From: Myxococcota bacterium
GTDB taxonomy: Bacteria > Myxococcota_A > UBA9160 > UBA4427
Length of the DNA: 50,136 nucleotides
Direction of reading: 5' to 3'
NCBI GenBank assembly: GCA_036336835.1
Contig: JAYZFK010000043.1
Span: 1 to 50,136, forward strand
Both the position numbers and the translations under genes were made by a program. Below, piece after piece: positions 15,945-26,840 of the stretch (position 1 is the first letter of the stretch; each line of letters opens with the position of its first letter). The notes under the pieces are model-generated. The model worked only from the letters and a program-made list of their open reading frames with translations. It was not told the DNA's origin and did not search any database.

Positions 15945-17981
15945 CTAGCTGGAATCGCTGACGAAGCCCTTGACGCGCTCTGCGAGGGCGTCCGGCGTGA
16001 AGCCGAACTCCTCGGCCAGTGCCGCGGCCGGAGCCGAGGCGCCGAAGCGATCGATGCCGTAGATCATCCCCCTGCGGCCGACGAGCTTGCGAAAGCTCTC
16101 GGCGCGCCCGGCCTCCACCGCGACGACCTTCGTGCCATCGTCGGGCACCAGCGCCTCGACGAACGCCTCGCCCTGCTCCTCGAGCAGCTCCAGGCACGGC
16201 ACCGACACGACACGCGCGGCCACGCCGCACGGCTCGAGCTTGTCGGCGGCCTCGCAGGCGAGCCGCACCTCGGTGCCGGTCGCCAGCAGCACCACGTCCG
16301 GCTTGCCATCGGGCTCGATCACCGTGTAGGCGCCGCGGTGGACGTCCTCGAGCCGGAACGGCGCGCGCCGATCGAGCGGCGCAACCTTCTGGCGCGACAG
16401 CGACAACAGCACCGGCCCCTCGGCGTGCTGCACGATCCAAGCGTAGGCCGCTGCCGTCTCGAGCCCGTCCGCCGGGCGGAACACCTTGAGCCTCGGGATC
16501 GCGCGCAGCGAATCGAGCTGCTCGATCGGCTGGTGCGTCGGACCGTCCTCACCCACGAAGATCGAATCGTGCGTGAAGACGAAGATCGAGCGCAGCCCCA
16601 TCAGCGCCGACAACCGGATCGACGGCCGCATGTAGTCGCTGAAGATCAGGAAGGTGCCCGAGTACGGCAGGAAGGTGCCATCGAGCGCGATGCCGTTGGT
16701 GATCGCGGCCATCGCGTGCTCGCGAATGCCGAAGTGGATGTTTCGGCCCGCGAACGGATCGACCCCGTCCCCGGCACCCGGACCGACGACGGGCGTCCCC
16801 GACAGCACCGGCGGCGCCGCCGAGCCGGCGAGGTCGGCGGAGCCGCCGACCATGTACGGAACGTGCTCGGAGAGCTTCTGCAGCGCGTGCTTGCTGTGAT
16901 TGCGCGTCGCGTCGGCACTCTCGGCTCCATCGGCGAGCAACTCGATCAGGTTCGCCGGCGACCGGCGGGCGCGGGCGTCCTCGTAGGCCTGGGCGCGCTC
17001 GCCGTTGGCCTGCGCCCAGCGGTCGAATGCCGCGTCGCGCTGCTGGCGCTCGGCACGCTTGTCGGCTGCTCGCGCGCTGCAGTAGGCGCGCACCTCGTCG
17101 GGCACGAGCAGCTTCGGCTCGAGCGGCCAGCCGAGGTTCTGCTTGGCGGCCACGACGCCCTCCGCACCGAGCGCCGCGCCGTGCGCCTTGCTCTTGCCCT
17201 CGACGGTGGGTGCGCCGCGGCCGATCGTCGTGCGCGTCACGATGATCGAGGGCCTTGCGGTCTCGGCTCTGGCTCCCTCGATCGCGGCATCGATCGCCTC
17301 GAGGTCTTCGCCATCGACCGATTGCACGTGCCAGCCAATCGCGCTGAAGCGCGCCGGCACGTCCTCGCTGAAGCTCAGGCTCGTCGGGCCGTCGATCGTG
17401 ATCTGGTTGTCGTCGTACAGGTAGACGAGGTTGCCGAGGCCGAGATGCCCGGCCAGCGACGCCGCCTCGTGCGCCACGCCCTCCATCAGATCGCCGTCGC
17501 TCACGATGCCGTAGACGATGTGGCTGCCGGGGCCGTCCGCAGCGCCGCCGGCGAACTGCGCGGCCGTGAGCTTGCCCGCCAGCGCCATCCCGACGCCGTG
17601 GCCGAACCCCTGGCCGAGCGGCCCCGTCGTGACCTCGACGCCCGGCGTGTCGCCGTACTCGGGGTGTCCGGGGGTCTTGCTGTGGAGCTGTCGGAACTGC
17701 GCGATGTCGTCGTGGCTGACGTCGTAGTCGAACAAATGCAGCAACGAGTACAGCAGCATCGAGGCGTGACCGGCCGACAGCACGAAACGATCGCGCAGCG
17801 GCCAGGCGGGGTCGCTCGAGTCGAAGCGAAGGTGCTTGTCCCACAGCAGCAGGGCGGGACGTGCAAGGCCCATCGGGGCCCCGGGGTGGCCGCTGTTGGC
17901 GCTCTCGACGGCATCGACCGCCAGGAATCGGATGGTGTTCTCGACCTGCTCGCGCAAACTGGGAGTGAGCTCGGGTGCCAT
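15945..17981 (-). CDS. tkt: Transketolase
   Basis: [40 protein letters not shown] motif [34 protein letters not shown]. Confidence 0.98.
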   Translation of the reverse strand: MAPELTPSLREQVENTIRFLAVDAVESANSGHPGAPMGLARPALLLWDKHLRFDSSDPAWPLRDRFVLSAGHASMLLYSLLHLFDYDVSHDDIAQFRQLHSKTPGHPEYGDTPGVEVTTGPLGQGFGHGVGMALAGKLTAAQFAGGAADGPGSHIVYGIVSDGDLMEGVAHEAASLAGHLGLGNLVYLYDDNQITIDGPTSLSFSEDVPARFSAIGWHVQSVDGEDLEAIDAAIEGARAETARPSIIVTRTTIGRGAPTVEGKSKAHGAALGAEGVVAAKQNLGWPLEPKLLVPDEVRAYCSARAADKRAERQQRDAAFDRWAQANGERAQAYEDARARRSPANLIELLADGAESADATRNHSKHALQKLSEHVPYMVGGSADLAGSAAPPVLSGTPVVGPGAGDGVDPFAGRNIHFGIREHAMAAITNGIALDGTFLPYSGTFLIFSDYMRPSIRLSALMGLRSIFVFTHDSIFVGEDGPTHQPIEQLDSLRAIPRLKVFRPADGLETAAAYAWIVQHAEGPVLLSLSRQKVAPLDRRAPFRLEDVHRGAYTVIEPDGKPDVVLLATGTEVRLACEAADKLEPCGVAARVVSVPCLELLEEQGEAFVEALVPDDGTKVVAVEAGRAESFRKLVGRRGMIYGIDRFGASAPAAALAEEFGFTPDALAERVKGFVSDSS

Positions 17982-18170
17982 GTGGGGCGTCTCCGGGAAG
18001 AGGTCCGTCGCAGGACCGGGAATCGTTAGGGTCGTTGGCAGACGGGGGAGCGAGGACGACGCGCTCGACTGTAACGCCGATGGCCGGGCGGCGGAAGCGC
18101 CTGACCCGCGCTGCGCGTCGGCGCGGGCTCCAAAACGTCGTTTCGGCCCGACGGGAACACGCCGGACGAC

Positions 18171-20360
18171 TCAGTCGGCCAGCCAGCTTGCCGGGATGCA
18201 GGCGTACTGGCCGAGCCAGCCCGCGAGGGCTTCGACGAGGCTCGGCTCGCGCCGTGCCTGGGCAATCACGTAGGCGTGAACCGCGCGGACGTCGTCGGGT
18301 GAGAGCACATCCGCAAAGCCCGGCATGCCGCGACCGACAAAGGCGCCGTCGAGCACGATCGCCGGCCAGGCTCGGTGGATCGCCCGCGTCGAGCGGCGCA
18401 GATCGGGCAGCAGCCCGCCGGACTTCGTCCCGATCCCGTGACAACGAAAGCAGTGGTTGTGGTAGAGGGCGGCGCCCCGCTTCACGGTGACGGCGTCCGC
18501 GCGCAGTGGCGGCGGGTCGGGCGCGCGCGGAGACCGCGGGCGCACCTCGGGCAGCGTCGCCGTGCCGCCCAGCTTGTAGGCGATCACGTAGCCAGCATTC
18601 TGGTAGTCGAGCACCGTCAGGTTGAGCCCGGCGGAACCGCCCGCGCCGGCCACGACTGCCACATACTGCTCGCCATCGAGCTCGTAGCTCACGGGACCGG
18701 CCATCAACGCGATGCCGACGTCCGACGCCCAGAGCTCGCGCCCATCGCGGGCGTGATAGGCGACCAGACGGCCATCGCCGCTGCCGTGGAACACCAGCTC
18801 TTCGCCGGTGGCGAGCGCGCCGCCGTTGATCTCGCTGCGGTGCGGGGCGCGCCAGACTCGCCGCCCAGCCACCGGATCCCAAGCCGTCAGGTGCGTCGGG
18901 TCGCAGAAGCGCAGCGAGCGCTCGAAACCGTCGAGCGACTCGGCGAGTGCGGGAAAATCTTCGCCGGTGCTGAACGTCCCGCGCACCAGCTGCGGCCGCT
19001 TCGCAGCCTGGAAGCGATAGGCGTACTCGTAGGTGGGCAGATAGACGAGCCCCGTCTTTGGATGGAACGCCATCGGATGCCAGTTGTGCCCCCCGGTGAC
19101 GCTCGGCACCACGAAGCGCGGCTCGTCGTGCCAGTCGGCGCGGCCCGTCTCGACGGGCCGGCCCGTCGCGAGCTCGATGTGGCTGGCCCAGCTGGTCGTC
19201 ACGTAGGGCTCGGCCGAGAGCAGCTCACCGGTGGCGCGATCGAGCAGGTAGAAGAAGCCGTTCTTCGGCGCCTGCATCAGCACCTGGCGAACCCGACCGC
19301 CGAACTCGAGATCAGCCAGCACCATCTGCTGGGTGGCGGTGAAGTCCCAGTTCTCGGCGGGCGTCGTCTGGTAGTGCCAGACCAGCCGTCCAGTCTTGGG
19401 TCGCAGCGCCAGGATCGAGGCCAGGAAGAGGTTGTCGCCCCCGCCCGGGCTGCGCACTTCGCGGTCGTAGGGCGAGCTGTTGCCGACGCCGACGTAGAGC
19501 AGATCGAGCGCGGGGTCGTAGGCCATCGAGTCCCAGACGGTGCCGCCGAGCCCCCACTCCCAGGCCGAATCGGGGCTCCAGGTCGCGAGCGCGCGATCGA
19601 GCTCGGGATGCTCCTGCGGCTGATCGGGCCGGCGCGGCACGGTGTAGAAGCGCCAGCGCAGCGCGCCGCTCGCCGCATCGTAGGCGCTGACGTAGCCGCG
19701 CACGCCGAACTCGGCACCGCCGTTGCCGATCACGACGAGATCCTTCACTACGCGCGGCGCGCCAGTGATCGTGTAGGGCAACGACTCGTCGGTCGTCTGC
19801 ACCTGCCAGATGGGCACCCCGGTCTTCGCGTCGAGCGCGATCAGTCTGCCGTCGAGGGCACCGAGGTAGACGCGCCCCTTCCACACGGCGACACCGCGGT
19901 TCACCACGTCGCAACAGGCGTCGCGTCCCTTGGCGCGCGGTACCTGCGGGTCGTAGCGCCACAGCTCGCGCCCGCTGCGCGCGTCGAGCGCGAACACGAT
20001 GCTCCAGCTCGCGGTGGCGTAGAGCACGCCGTCGACGACGATCGGCGTCGCCTCGTGCCCCCGGTGCTCACCGGTCGCGTAGACCCAGGCCGGAGCGAGC
20101 GAGCCCACGTTCTCGGCGGTGAGCTGCGCGAGCGGTGAGTAGCGTTGCTCGCCGTAGTCGCGGCCGTGCGACGGCCACTCGAAGGCGCGCGCGGCCCGAA
20201 TGCGCGCCTCATCGACCCAGGCAACGCGCGACGCGTCTTCGGCCGCCGCGCCGGCGGCAAGCCACAGGGCCGCAGCCGCTGTGCCAAGCGCTTTCAGCGG
20301 GCGCTCGCGGCCCGAACCCGCGCGACGACCTCGAGCACTTCGTCGTGGATCGGCCCGCAC
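18171..20360 (-). CDS. PQQ-dependent quinohemoprotein alcohol dehydrogenase (type II, C-terminal cytochrome c)
   Basis: [14 protein letters not shown], vicinal [33 protein letters not shown], heme motif CFRCHG; signal peptide; start uncertain (GTG 20360 or CTG 20297). Confidence 0.92.
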   Translation of the reverse strand: MRADPRRSARGRRAGSGRERPLKALGTAAAALWLAAGAAAEDASRVAWVDEARIRAARAFEWPSHGRDYGEQRYSPLAQLTAENVGSLAPAWVYATGEHRGHEATPIVVDGVLYATASWSIVFALDARSGRELWRYDPQVPRAKGRDACCDVVNRGVAVWKGRVYLGALDGRLIALDAKTGVPIWQVQTTDESLPYTITGAPRVVKDLVVIGNGGAEFGVRGYVSAYDAASGALRWRFYTVPRRPDQPQEHPELDRALATWSPDSAWEWGLGGTVWDSMAYDPALDLLYVGVGNSSPYDREVRSPGGGDNLFLASILALRPKTGRLVWHYQTTPAENWDFTATQQMVLADLEFGGRVRQVLMQAPKNGFFYLLDRATGELLSAEPYVTTSWASHIELATGRPVETGRADWHDEPRFVVPSVTGGHNWHPMAFHPKTGLVYLPTYEYAYRFQAAKRPQLVRGTFSTGEDFPALAESLDGFERSLRFCDPTHLTAWDPVAGRRVWRAPHRSEINGGALATGEELVFHGSGDGRLVAYHARDGRELWASDVGIALMAGPVSYELDGEQYVAVVAGAGGSAGLNLTVLDYQNAGYVIAYKLGGTATLPEVRPRSPRAPDPPPLRADAVTVKRGAALYHNHCFRCHGIGTKSGGLLPDLRRSTRAIHRAWPAIVLDGAFVGRGMPGFADVLSPDDVRAVHAYVIAQARREPSLVEALAGWLGQYACIPASWLAD

Positions 20361-21295
20361 GTCGCGACCACGCCGCGGTTGTGCTCGAGCGTGCGGCCCT
20401 GCGCGAAGTCGAGCGCGCGGCCTTCGGCATCGGTGACACGGCCACCCGCGCACTCGACCACCAGCTTGCCGGCCGCGTGATCCCAGATCTTCTCGCGGTA
20501 GTCCTTGCGAGTCGGCATGCGCAGGTAGATCTGCGCGTCGCCGCGCGCGATCGCCGCGTACTTGCACTGGCTGTCGATGCGATAGGGCCCACGCGTGATC
20601 CCGAGCTGCTCGGCGATGCGGGCCGACTCGTCCTGGTTCGAGTGACCCGACTCCACCGACTCGCAGAAGCGCGCCTCGGCGGGCGAAGACAGCCGCGTGA
20701 CCTGGATGGGCTGGCCGCGCGGCCCCACCCCTTCGAGCGCCAGCACCTCGGCCCCACGCCCCTCCACCGCGCTGAACACGGCGCCGGCGGCGGCCTCCGC
20801 GCCGCCTCCCGCCATCAGATTGGGGCAGCCGAGCACGCCGAGGACGACCTGACCCTGCTCGATCAGCGCGAGCGCCACCGCGTACTGCTCGCCGCGCAGA
20901 AAGCCCTTGGTGCCGTCGATCGGATCGAGCGTCCAGTAGCGGTCGCCCGACGCATCCGCGCCGCCGAGGTCGATCCAGTCGAGCACCTGCTCGAGCTCGG
21001 TTTCGCCCACCTGTTCTCCGACCCGCTCGGCCACCGCGGCCGCGAGCGGCGCCTGGTCCGGTGCGCGCAGCGCGGCCGAGTCCTCCTCGCCGACCACGCG
21101 TGTTCCCGGCAGCGCCGCGGCGAGCATCCGGCAGACGATCGCCTGCGACGCGAAGTCGGCCACGGTCACCGGGCTCTTGTCGTGCTTCTCGAGCGTCTCG
21201 ACACCGACCAGCTTGCGCTGCACGGCGATACAAACCCGCGATGCCGCGCGCACCGCGTCGACCGCCGCGGCGAGCTCGGCATCTCGTTCGGTCAT
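20294..21295 (-). CDS. 3'(2'),5'-bisphosphate nucleotidase, HAL2/SAL1 type (inositol monophosphatase superfamily)
   Basis: [79 protein letters not shown]. Confidence 0.92.
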   Translation of the reverse strand: MTERDAELAAAVDAVRAASRVCIAVQRKLVGVETLEKHDKSPVTVADFASQAIVCRMLAAALPGTRVVGEEDSAALRAPDQAPLAAAVAERVGEQVGETELEQVLDWIDLGGADASGDRYWTLDPIDGTKGFLRGEQYAVALALIEQGQVVLGVLGCPNLMAGGGAEAAAGAVFSAVEGRGAEVLALEGVGPRGQPIQVTRLSSPAEARFCESVESGHSNQDESARIAEQLGITRGPYRIDSQCKYAAIARGDAQIYLRMPTRKDYREKIWDHAAGKLVVECAGGRVTDAEGRALDFAQGRTLEHNRGVVATCGPIHDEVLEVVARVRAASAR

Positions 21296-21335
21296 CGAAC
21301 TCTCCTGCGCGAGCCCTGGGCCGGGCGCATCGACG

Positions 21336-21410
21336 TGGTCGGGGTGGAGGGATTCGAACCCCCGACGCTGAACCCCCAAAGTTCAGGCTCTACCACTGAG
21401 CTACACCCCG
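21336..21410 (-). tRNA. tRNA-Pro (anticodon UGG)
   Basis: Minus strand CGGGGTG TA GCTC AGTGGTA GAGC C TGAAC TT-TGG-GG GTTCA GCGTC GGGGG TTCGAAT CCCTC CACCCCG A CCA folds as a cloverleaf with encoded CCA. Confidence 0.96.
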
Positions 21411-21511
21411 AGAGCCACAAGGCTACCCGCGGGATCGGCGCGTGGGAACCCCTTCGTCCCCGTGCTATCTCCCCCGAGGCGGCCCGAATCGCCTATCCCA
21501 GGAGTACTTCC

Positions 21512-22915
21512 GTGAGCGCCAACACGCTCTTCGACAAAGTCTGGGACCAGCACACCGTGCGCGAACTCCCAACCGGCCAGACCCAGCTGTTCATCGGCAC
21601 CCACCTGATCCACGAAGTCACCAGCCCGCAGGCGTTCGCAATGCTGCGCGAGCTCGGGCTCGCGGTGCGCTTTCCGGAACGAACCTTTGCCACCGTCGAT
21701 CACATCATCCCGACCGACTCGCAGATCCGGCCCTTCGCCGACGAGCTGGCCGAAGCGATGATGAGCGAGCTCGAACGCAACTGTCGGGACTACGGCATCA
21801 CCTTCTTCGACTCGGCCAGCGGACACCAGGGCGTGGTCCACGTGATCGGCCCCGAGCTCGGGCTCACACAGCCCGGGATGACGATCGCCTGCGGCGACTC
21901 CCACACCTCGACACACGGCGCCTTCGGCGCAATCGCGTTCGGCGTCGGCACCAGCCAGGTGCGCGATGTGCTCGCGACCCAGACGCTGGCGATGGCTCGG
22001 CTCGCGGTGCGGCGCATCGAGGTCAGCGGAAAGCTCGGCAGCGGCGTGCACGCCAAGGACGTGACGCTGGCCATCATCCGCAAGCTCGGGGTCAACGGCG
22101 GCGTCGGCTTCGCCTACGAGTACGGCGGCGACGTCTTCGATTCGCTGACGCTCGAGGAGCGCATGACCGTCTGCAACATGGCCATCGAGGGCGGGGCGCG
22201 CTGCGGCTACGTGAACCCAGACGAAGCGACCTTCGAGTACCTGCGCGGGCGTCTTCACGCGCCCGAGGGCGACGCCTTCGAACGTGCCGTGCAGGGCTGG
22301 CGCAGCGTCGCGAGCGGCGCCGATGCGAGCTACGACGACCGGGTGGAGTTCGACGGAGCCGAGATCGCGCCGTCGGTCACCTGGGGCATCAACCCCGGAC
22401 AGAACGCCGGAATCGGCGAGTGCATCCCCCGAGCGAGCGAGCTGCCCGACAGCGAGCGCCCACAGCTCGAGGAGGCACTCGAGTACATGGGACTGCGCCA
22501 AGGCGATCCGATCGCCGGCACGCCGATCGACGTCGCGTTCATCGGCTCGTGTACCAACGGCCGCCTCTCGGATCTGCGCGCGGCGGCCCGGGTCGCGCGC
22601 ACCGGGCAGGTACAGCCTGGCGTGCGCGCGCTGGTGGTGCCGGGCTCGCAGGAGGTGGCGCGCCAGGCCGAGGCCGAAGGGCTCGACGAGACGTTTCGCG
22701 CGGCCGGCTTCGAGTGGCGCGAGCCAGGCTGCTCGATGTGTCTCGCAATGAACCCGGACAAGCTGATCGGCCGGGAGATCTGTGCGTCGTCGAGCAACCG
22801 CAACTTCAAGGGGCGCCAGGGCTCACCGACCGGTCGAACGCTGCTGATGTCACCCGCCATGGTCGCGGCCGCGGCAATCCGCGGCGAGGTCGCCGACGTG
22901 CGCGAGGTGTTGTAG
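21512..22915 (+). CDS. leuC: 3-isopropylmalate dehydratase large subunit
   Basis: [71 protein letters not shown] before GTG. Confidence 0.98.
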   Translation: MSANTLFDKVWDQHTVRELPTGQTQLFIGTHLIHEVTSPQAFAMLRELGLAVRFPERTFATVDHIIPTDSQIRPFADELAEAMMSELERNCRDYGITFFDSASGHQGVVHVIGPELGLTQPGMTIACGDSHTSTHGAFGAIAFGVGTSQVRDVLATQTLAMARLAVRRIEVSGKLGSGVHAKDVTLAIIRKLGVNGGVGFAYEYGGDVFDSLTLEERMTVCNMAIEGGARCGYVNPDEATFEYLRGRLHAPEGDAFERAVQGWRSVASGADASYDDRVEFDGAEIAPSVTWGINPGQNAGIGECIPRASELPDSERPQLEEALEYMGLRQGDPIAGTPIDVAFIGSCTNGRLSDLRAAARVARTGQVQPGVRALVVPGSQEVARQAEAEGLDETFRAAGFEWREPGCSMCLAMNPDKLIGREICASSSNRNFKGRQGSPTGRTLLMSPAMVAAAAIRGEVADVREVL

Positions 22916-23512
22916 ATGGCCGAGCGAACCATCGAACAGGTGGTGGGCAGCGCCGCGGTACTGCGCGGTGACGATATCGATACCGACCGCATCATCCCGG
23001 CGCGTTTCATGAAGGTCGTGACCTTCGACACGGTGGGTGAGCATCTCTTCGAGGACGATCGCAAAGCCGCCAAGGGCGACCACGCGCTCGATCAGGAGCA
23101 CTACCACGGCGCGCGCATCCTGGTGGTCGGTCGCAACTTCGGCTGCGGCTCCTCTCGCGAGCACGCACCTCAGGCGCTGATGCGGTTCGGCTTCGACGCC
23201 TTCGTCGGCGACTCGTTTGCCGAGATCTTTTCCGGCAACTGCACGGCGCTCGGGCTGCCGTGCGTCGTGCTCGACGAAGACGATCTCGCGGCGCTGATGG
23301 ACGCGGTCGAGCTCGCTCCGGACCAGTCGGTGCGCGTCGACGTCGAGGCCGAGACCGTGACGTCGCGCGCCGGCGTCGCGCGAGCCCGTATCCCCGCCGG
23401 CACCCGCCAGCAGCTGCTCGAGGGCACCTGGGACGCGACCGCGGTCCTGCTCGACGCGGGCGATGAGATCGAAGCGACCGCCGAGCGTCTTGCGTACGTC
23501 ACCGGATTCTGA
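22916..23512 (+). CDS. leuD: 3-isopropylmalate dehydratase small subunit
   Basis: DIDTDRIIPARF, NFGCGSSREHAPQAL, SFAEIF.GN. Confidence 0.98.
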   Translation: MAERTIEQVVGSAAVLRGDDIDTDRIIPARFMKVVTFDTVGEHLFEDDRKAAKGDHALDQEHYHGARILVVGRNFGCGSSREHAPQALMRFGFDAFVGDSFAEIFSGNCTALGLPCVVLDEDDLAALMDAVELAPDQSVRVDVEAETVTSRAGVARARIPAGTRQQLLEGTWDATAVLLDAGDEIEATAERLAYVTGF

Positions 23513-23526
23513 GACACACTCGCGGC

Positions 23527-24786
23527 ATGCGCCTCGGTGAAATCCGTCACCCCGAACGCGCCAGCGGCCCGAAGCCGCTTGCCGGCGTGCGGATCCTCGC
23601 GGTCGAGCAGATGCAGGCCATGCCGTACGGCACACAGCTGCTCAGCCATCTCGGGGCCGATGTGGTCAAGGTCGAGGCGCCGGGCCGCGGCGACTCCGCG
23701 CGTGCGTCTCGCCCGACGATCACCGAGCTCGATGGCAGGTCGGTCGGTGCGACCTTCCTGCGCAACAACCTGAACAAGCGCAGTGTCGCGATCGACATTC
23801 GACGACCCGAGGGCCGCGACCTCGTGCTGCAGCTCGCACGTCGCTTCGACGTCTTCGCCGAGAATTCGCGCTCCGGCTGGATGGCGCGCCACGGCCTGGG
23901 CTACGCGGACCTCGCCGCCGCGAACCCGCGCATCGTCTACGCCTCGGTCTCTGGCTTTGGCAACCTCGAGCCGAGCCCCTACGACGGCTGGGCGGCCTAC
24001 GCACCGATCGCCGAGGCGATGGCGGGCGTCTACGAGCCGACACGAAAGGAGGGCGCGCCGCCCGCCGTGGTCGTGGCCGGCGCACTCGGGGACAACACGG
24101 CGGCGCTGTTCTGCGTGATCGGGATCCTGGCTGCGCTGCGCCAGGCGGAGGCGACCGGGCGTGGACAGCACGTCGATGTCGCGATGTACGATGCGATGAT
24201 CGCGATGACCGACATGGTGCCCTTCATGTGGTCGGTCGGTGAGCCGAGACAGGCGGCAACTGCGGGGCGGACCGGCATCGTCGAGGCATATGCCGCGCGC
24301 GACGGTCACTTCGTGGTTGCGATCTTTCGCGAGCACCAGTTCCGCAAGCTGGCCGAGATCGTCGGCGAGCCGGGGTGGCTCGAGGATCCTCGCTTCGCGA
24401 CGCGCGAGGACTGGGCCCGGCACCGCAACGACGTCGTGCGACCCGCGCTCGAGCGCTGGGCCCGCGAGTACACCAAGCTCGAGGCCGCGCGCCTGCTGAA
24501 CGAGGCCGGAATCGCCGCCGGCCCCAGCAACGACGCCGCCGACCTGCGAAGCGACCCGCACGTTGCAGCGCGCAACATGCTGATCGAAGTGCCGCGGCAC
24601 GATCGCCCGGACGATCACCCGCCGATGCTGATCCACGGCAACCCGATCAAGCTCTCGGCAACTGCCGAGGGGCCTGTCGAGCGCTTCCCGACGGTCGGTC
24701 AGCACACCGACGAGGTGCTCGCCGCAGAGCTCGACCTCGGAACCGAGGAGCTCGCGCAGCTACGGGCCGACGAGCTGATCGGTTGA
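23527..24786 (+). CDS. CaiB/BaiF family (class III) CoA transferase
   Basis: PLAGVRIL, LGADVVKVE.PG.GD, N.NKRSVAID, NPRIVYASVSGFG, catalytic Asp in ALGD. Confidence 0.93.
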   Translation: MRLGEIRHPERASGPKPLAGVRILAVEQMQAMPYGTQLLSHLGADVVKVEAPGRGDSARASRPTITELDGRSVGATFLRNNLNKRSVAIDIRRPEGRDLVLQLARRFDVFAENSRSGWMARHGLGYADLAAANPRIVYASVSGFGNLEPSPYDGWAAYAPIAEAMAGVYEPTRKEGAPPAVVVAGALGDNTAALFCVIGILAALRQAEATGRGQHVDVAMYDAMIAMTDMVPFMWSVGEPRQAATAGRTGIVEAYAARDGHFVVAIFREHQFRKLAEIVGEPGWLEDPRFATREDWARHRNDVVRPALERWAREYTKLEAARLLNEAGIAAGPSNDAADLRSDPHVAARNMLIEVPRHDRPDDHPPMLIHGNPIKLSATAEGPVERFPTVGQHTDEVLAAELDLGTEELAQLRADELIG

Positions 24787-25179
24787 GGCGGGACGCGTCG
24801 GCCGAGACAGCAGGTAGGTCGCCACCACCAGGTCGAAGCCCAGACAGGCGGGTGCGTACCAGGCGGGCATGTACGAGAGGTCGGCGACGCGCGGTGCGGC
24901 CACATCCCAGACCGCGTGGAGCGCCCAGCCCGCACCCAGCAGCCAAGACCAGCGCGCCGCGCCGCCGACCCCGATCACGACGAACAAGCCCACGCCAGCG
25001 AACGCGACCCCGAGCTCGGGCGGGGGCTCGACGCCCAGCCCGTGCGTCAGGTAGATCGCCGCCGCGACGACCAGGCCCAACGCGAACCACCACGGCTCGC
25101 CGCGTCCGATCCAGCGAACTCCCGCGATCCAGAGGCCCGCACCGACAGCACCGAACACCAGAGCGATTGCGTAGGCCAC
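24760..25179 (-). CDS. Small membrane protein (DUF6010-like)
   Basis: Hydrophobic helices, GW.LH.VWD and WY..ACLGFD motifs; directly follows the crotonase gene. Confidence 0.65.
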   Translation of the reverse strand: MAYAIALVFGAVGAGLWIAGVRWIGRGEPWWFALGLVVAAAIYLTHGLGVEPPPELGVAFAGVGLFVVIGVGGAARWSWLLGAGWALHAVWDVAAPRVADLSYMPAWYAPACLGFDLVVATYLLSRPTRPASTDQLVGP

Positions 25180-25959
25180 CTAACGTCGTTCGAACTTCGG
25201 ATCGCGCTTCTCGAGGAAGGCAGCAATGCCTTCGCTGCGATCTTCGGTGGCGAACGAGAGCCCAACGGCCTGCTGCTCGAGGGCGTGCGCGGTGCGGATG
25301 TCTGCATCCTGTCCCTGCTGCATCACCCGCTTGGCGGCCGCGACCGCCAGTGGGCCGTTGCGGCCGATCGCCTCGCCCGCGCCGAGCGCGGCCTCGAGCA
25401 GCTCGTCGGGCTCGAAGACGCGGTTCGCAAGACCCAGGCGGAGCGCCTCGGGCGCCGAGATCGGCGCGCCAGTGAGCACCAGCTCCCGGGCCCATGCGAT
25501 GCCGACCCGCCGCACCAGGCGCGTCGTGCCGCCGAAGCCCGGCAGCAGGCCCAGGCTCACCTCGGGCTGGCCGAAGCGCGCCGCGGTCGAGGCATAGATC
25601 CAGTCGCAGGCCAGCGCGAGCTCGCAGCCGCCGCCGAGCGCAAAGCCGTTGACCGCGGCAATCGTGGGGATCGGAAGCTCTTCGAGCGCGGCGAGCACGC
25701 CGTGGCCGAGGCGACTGAAGGCGAGCGCCTCGACTGGAGACATGCCGCGCATCTGCTCGATGTCCGCGCCGGCCGCAAACGCCCTGCCCTCGCCGGTCAG
25801 CACGAGCGCGCCGATCTCGGAGGCGTCCGCCACGCGCTCGATCTCCTCGCCGAGGGCCTCGAGCAACGCCCGGTCGAGCGCGTTGAGTGCCTTCGGGCGG
25901 TCGAGCGTGAGCAGCGCTACTGCGCCGCGTCGCTCGCTTCTCAGGATCGGCTCCGACAC
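25180..25959 (-). CDS. Enoyl-CoA hydratase/isomerase
   Basis: DRPKALNAL, AFAAGADI, AAVNGFALGGGCELALACD, FGQPEVSLGLLPGFGGT, EGIAAFLEKR; GGAGG RBS before GTG 25959. Confidence 0.94.
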   Translation of the reverse strand: MSEPILRSERRGAVALLTLDRPKALNALDRALLEALGEEIERVADASEIGALVLTGEGRAFAAGADIEQMRGMSPVEALAFSRLGHGVLAALEELPIPTIAAVNGFALGGGCELALACDWIYASTAARFGQPEVSLGLLPGFGGTTRLVRRVGIAWARELVLTGAPISAPEALRLGLANRVFEPDELLEAALGAGEAIGRNGPLAVAAAKRVMQQGQDADIRTAHALEQQAVGLSFATEDRSEGIAAFLEKRDPKFERR

Positions 25960-26074
25960 GGTCGCCTCCGGTCTGGGGCCTCGGGCCTGCCGCCCCAGGG
26001 CGCGCGAAGCTACCACGGCCCGGAAAACCGCGACTGCGTGATATCGTCCGCAACCAGACACGGGGAGGGCCGGT

Positions 26075-26806
26075 GTGTCCGATGTCCAGTCCGACGGGAG
26101 CATTTCGAAGGTCGCCACCACGGGCGCCCTGGTCGCTGCGATCGCCGCCTCGCTGCCTGCAGTCGGCGTCCTCGGGATCCAGATCGGCCTGCTTCCGCCG
26201 ATGGTCGGGTTCGGCCTCTTCACTGCGGGGGCCGCGCTCGGCGGTCTGCTCGCTCTACTGCTCGGGATCGTCGGGACGGTACTCACCCGCGGCGGAGACG
26301 ATCCGGAGGGTCGCAAGCGTGCGTTCACCGCCCTCGCCGGCGGCGTCGCGCTGCTCGGCATCGTCGCCATCGCGGGCTCGTCCGGCGCCGACCTGCCGCC
26401 GATCAACGACATCACGACGAATCTCGACGACCCGCCCGCCTTCGCGGACGACCCCTCTGGCCGCGATCGCGACATGAGCTATCCCGCGGACTGGAAGCCG
26501 CTGGTGCGCGAGGCCTACCCCGACCTGACGCCCCACCAGGTCGCCGAGCCGGTCGCCGCGGCGGTCGCCCGAACGGCGGCGGCCGCCGAGCGGCTCGGCT
26601 GGACGATCACGACGCGCGACACGAGCGCCGGAACGATCGAGGCCACCGACGCGACCGACATCTTCCGGTTCGTCGACGACATCGTCATCCGCGTCCGCCC
26701 CTCGGACCAGGGCTCGACGATCGACATCCGAAGCAAGTCCCGAGACGGGCGCGGCGATCTAGGCGCCAACGCCCAGCGAATCCGAGCCCTGCTCAGCGCT
26801 CTCTGA
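26075..26806 (+). CDS. DUF1499 domain-containing membrane protein
   Basis: N-terminal TM helices, PPINDITT..DDPP.F, YPDL.P, IEAT....IFRFVDDIVIRV, IDIRSKSR.G.GDLGANA.RI. Confidence 0.85.
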   Translation: MSDVQSDGSISKVATTGALVAAIAASLPAVGVLGIQIGLLPPMVGFGLFTAGAALGGLLALLLGIVGTVLTRGGDDPEGRKRAFTALAGGVALLGIVAIAGSSGADLPPINDITTNLDDPPAFADDPSGRDRDMSYPADWKPLVREAYPDLTPHQVAEPVAAAVARTAAAAERLGWTITTRDTSAGTIEATDATDIFRFVDDIVIRVRPSDQGSTIDIRSKSRDGRGDLGANAQRIRALLSAL

Positions 26807-26840
26807 TCCCGAGGCGTGAAGCGCCCCCGCTGGCGCCGTC

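Noticed and set aside
17982..18170. Structured RNA or riboswitch upstream of tkt
   Set aside because: Only short GC hairpins and a possible -10 (TACAGT); no recognisable family consensus.
19330..19365. Lanthanide dependence of the PQQ dehydrogenase
   Set aside because: The motif reads WDFT and lacks the additional Asp (D-x-D) of XoxF/ExaF types, so it is consistent with a Ca2+ enzyme.
21336..21410. tRNA-Pro as an integration site for an island
   Set aside because: I saw no integrase and no duplicate of the tRNA 3' end in the window, and the flanking genes are metabolic.
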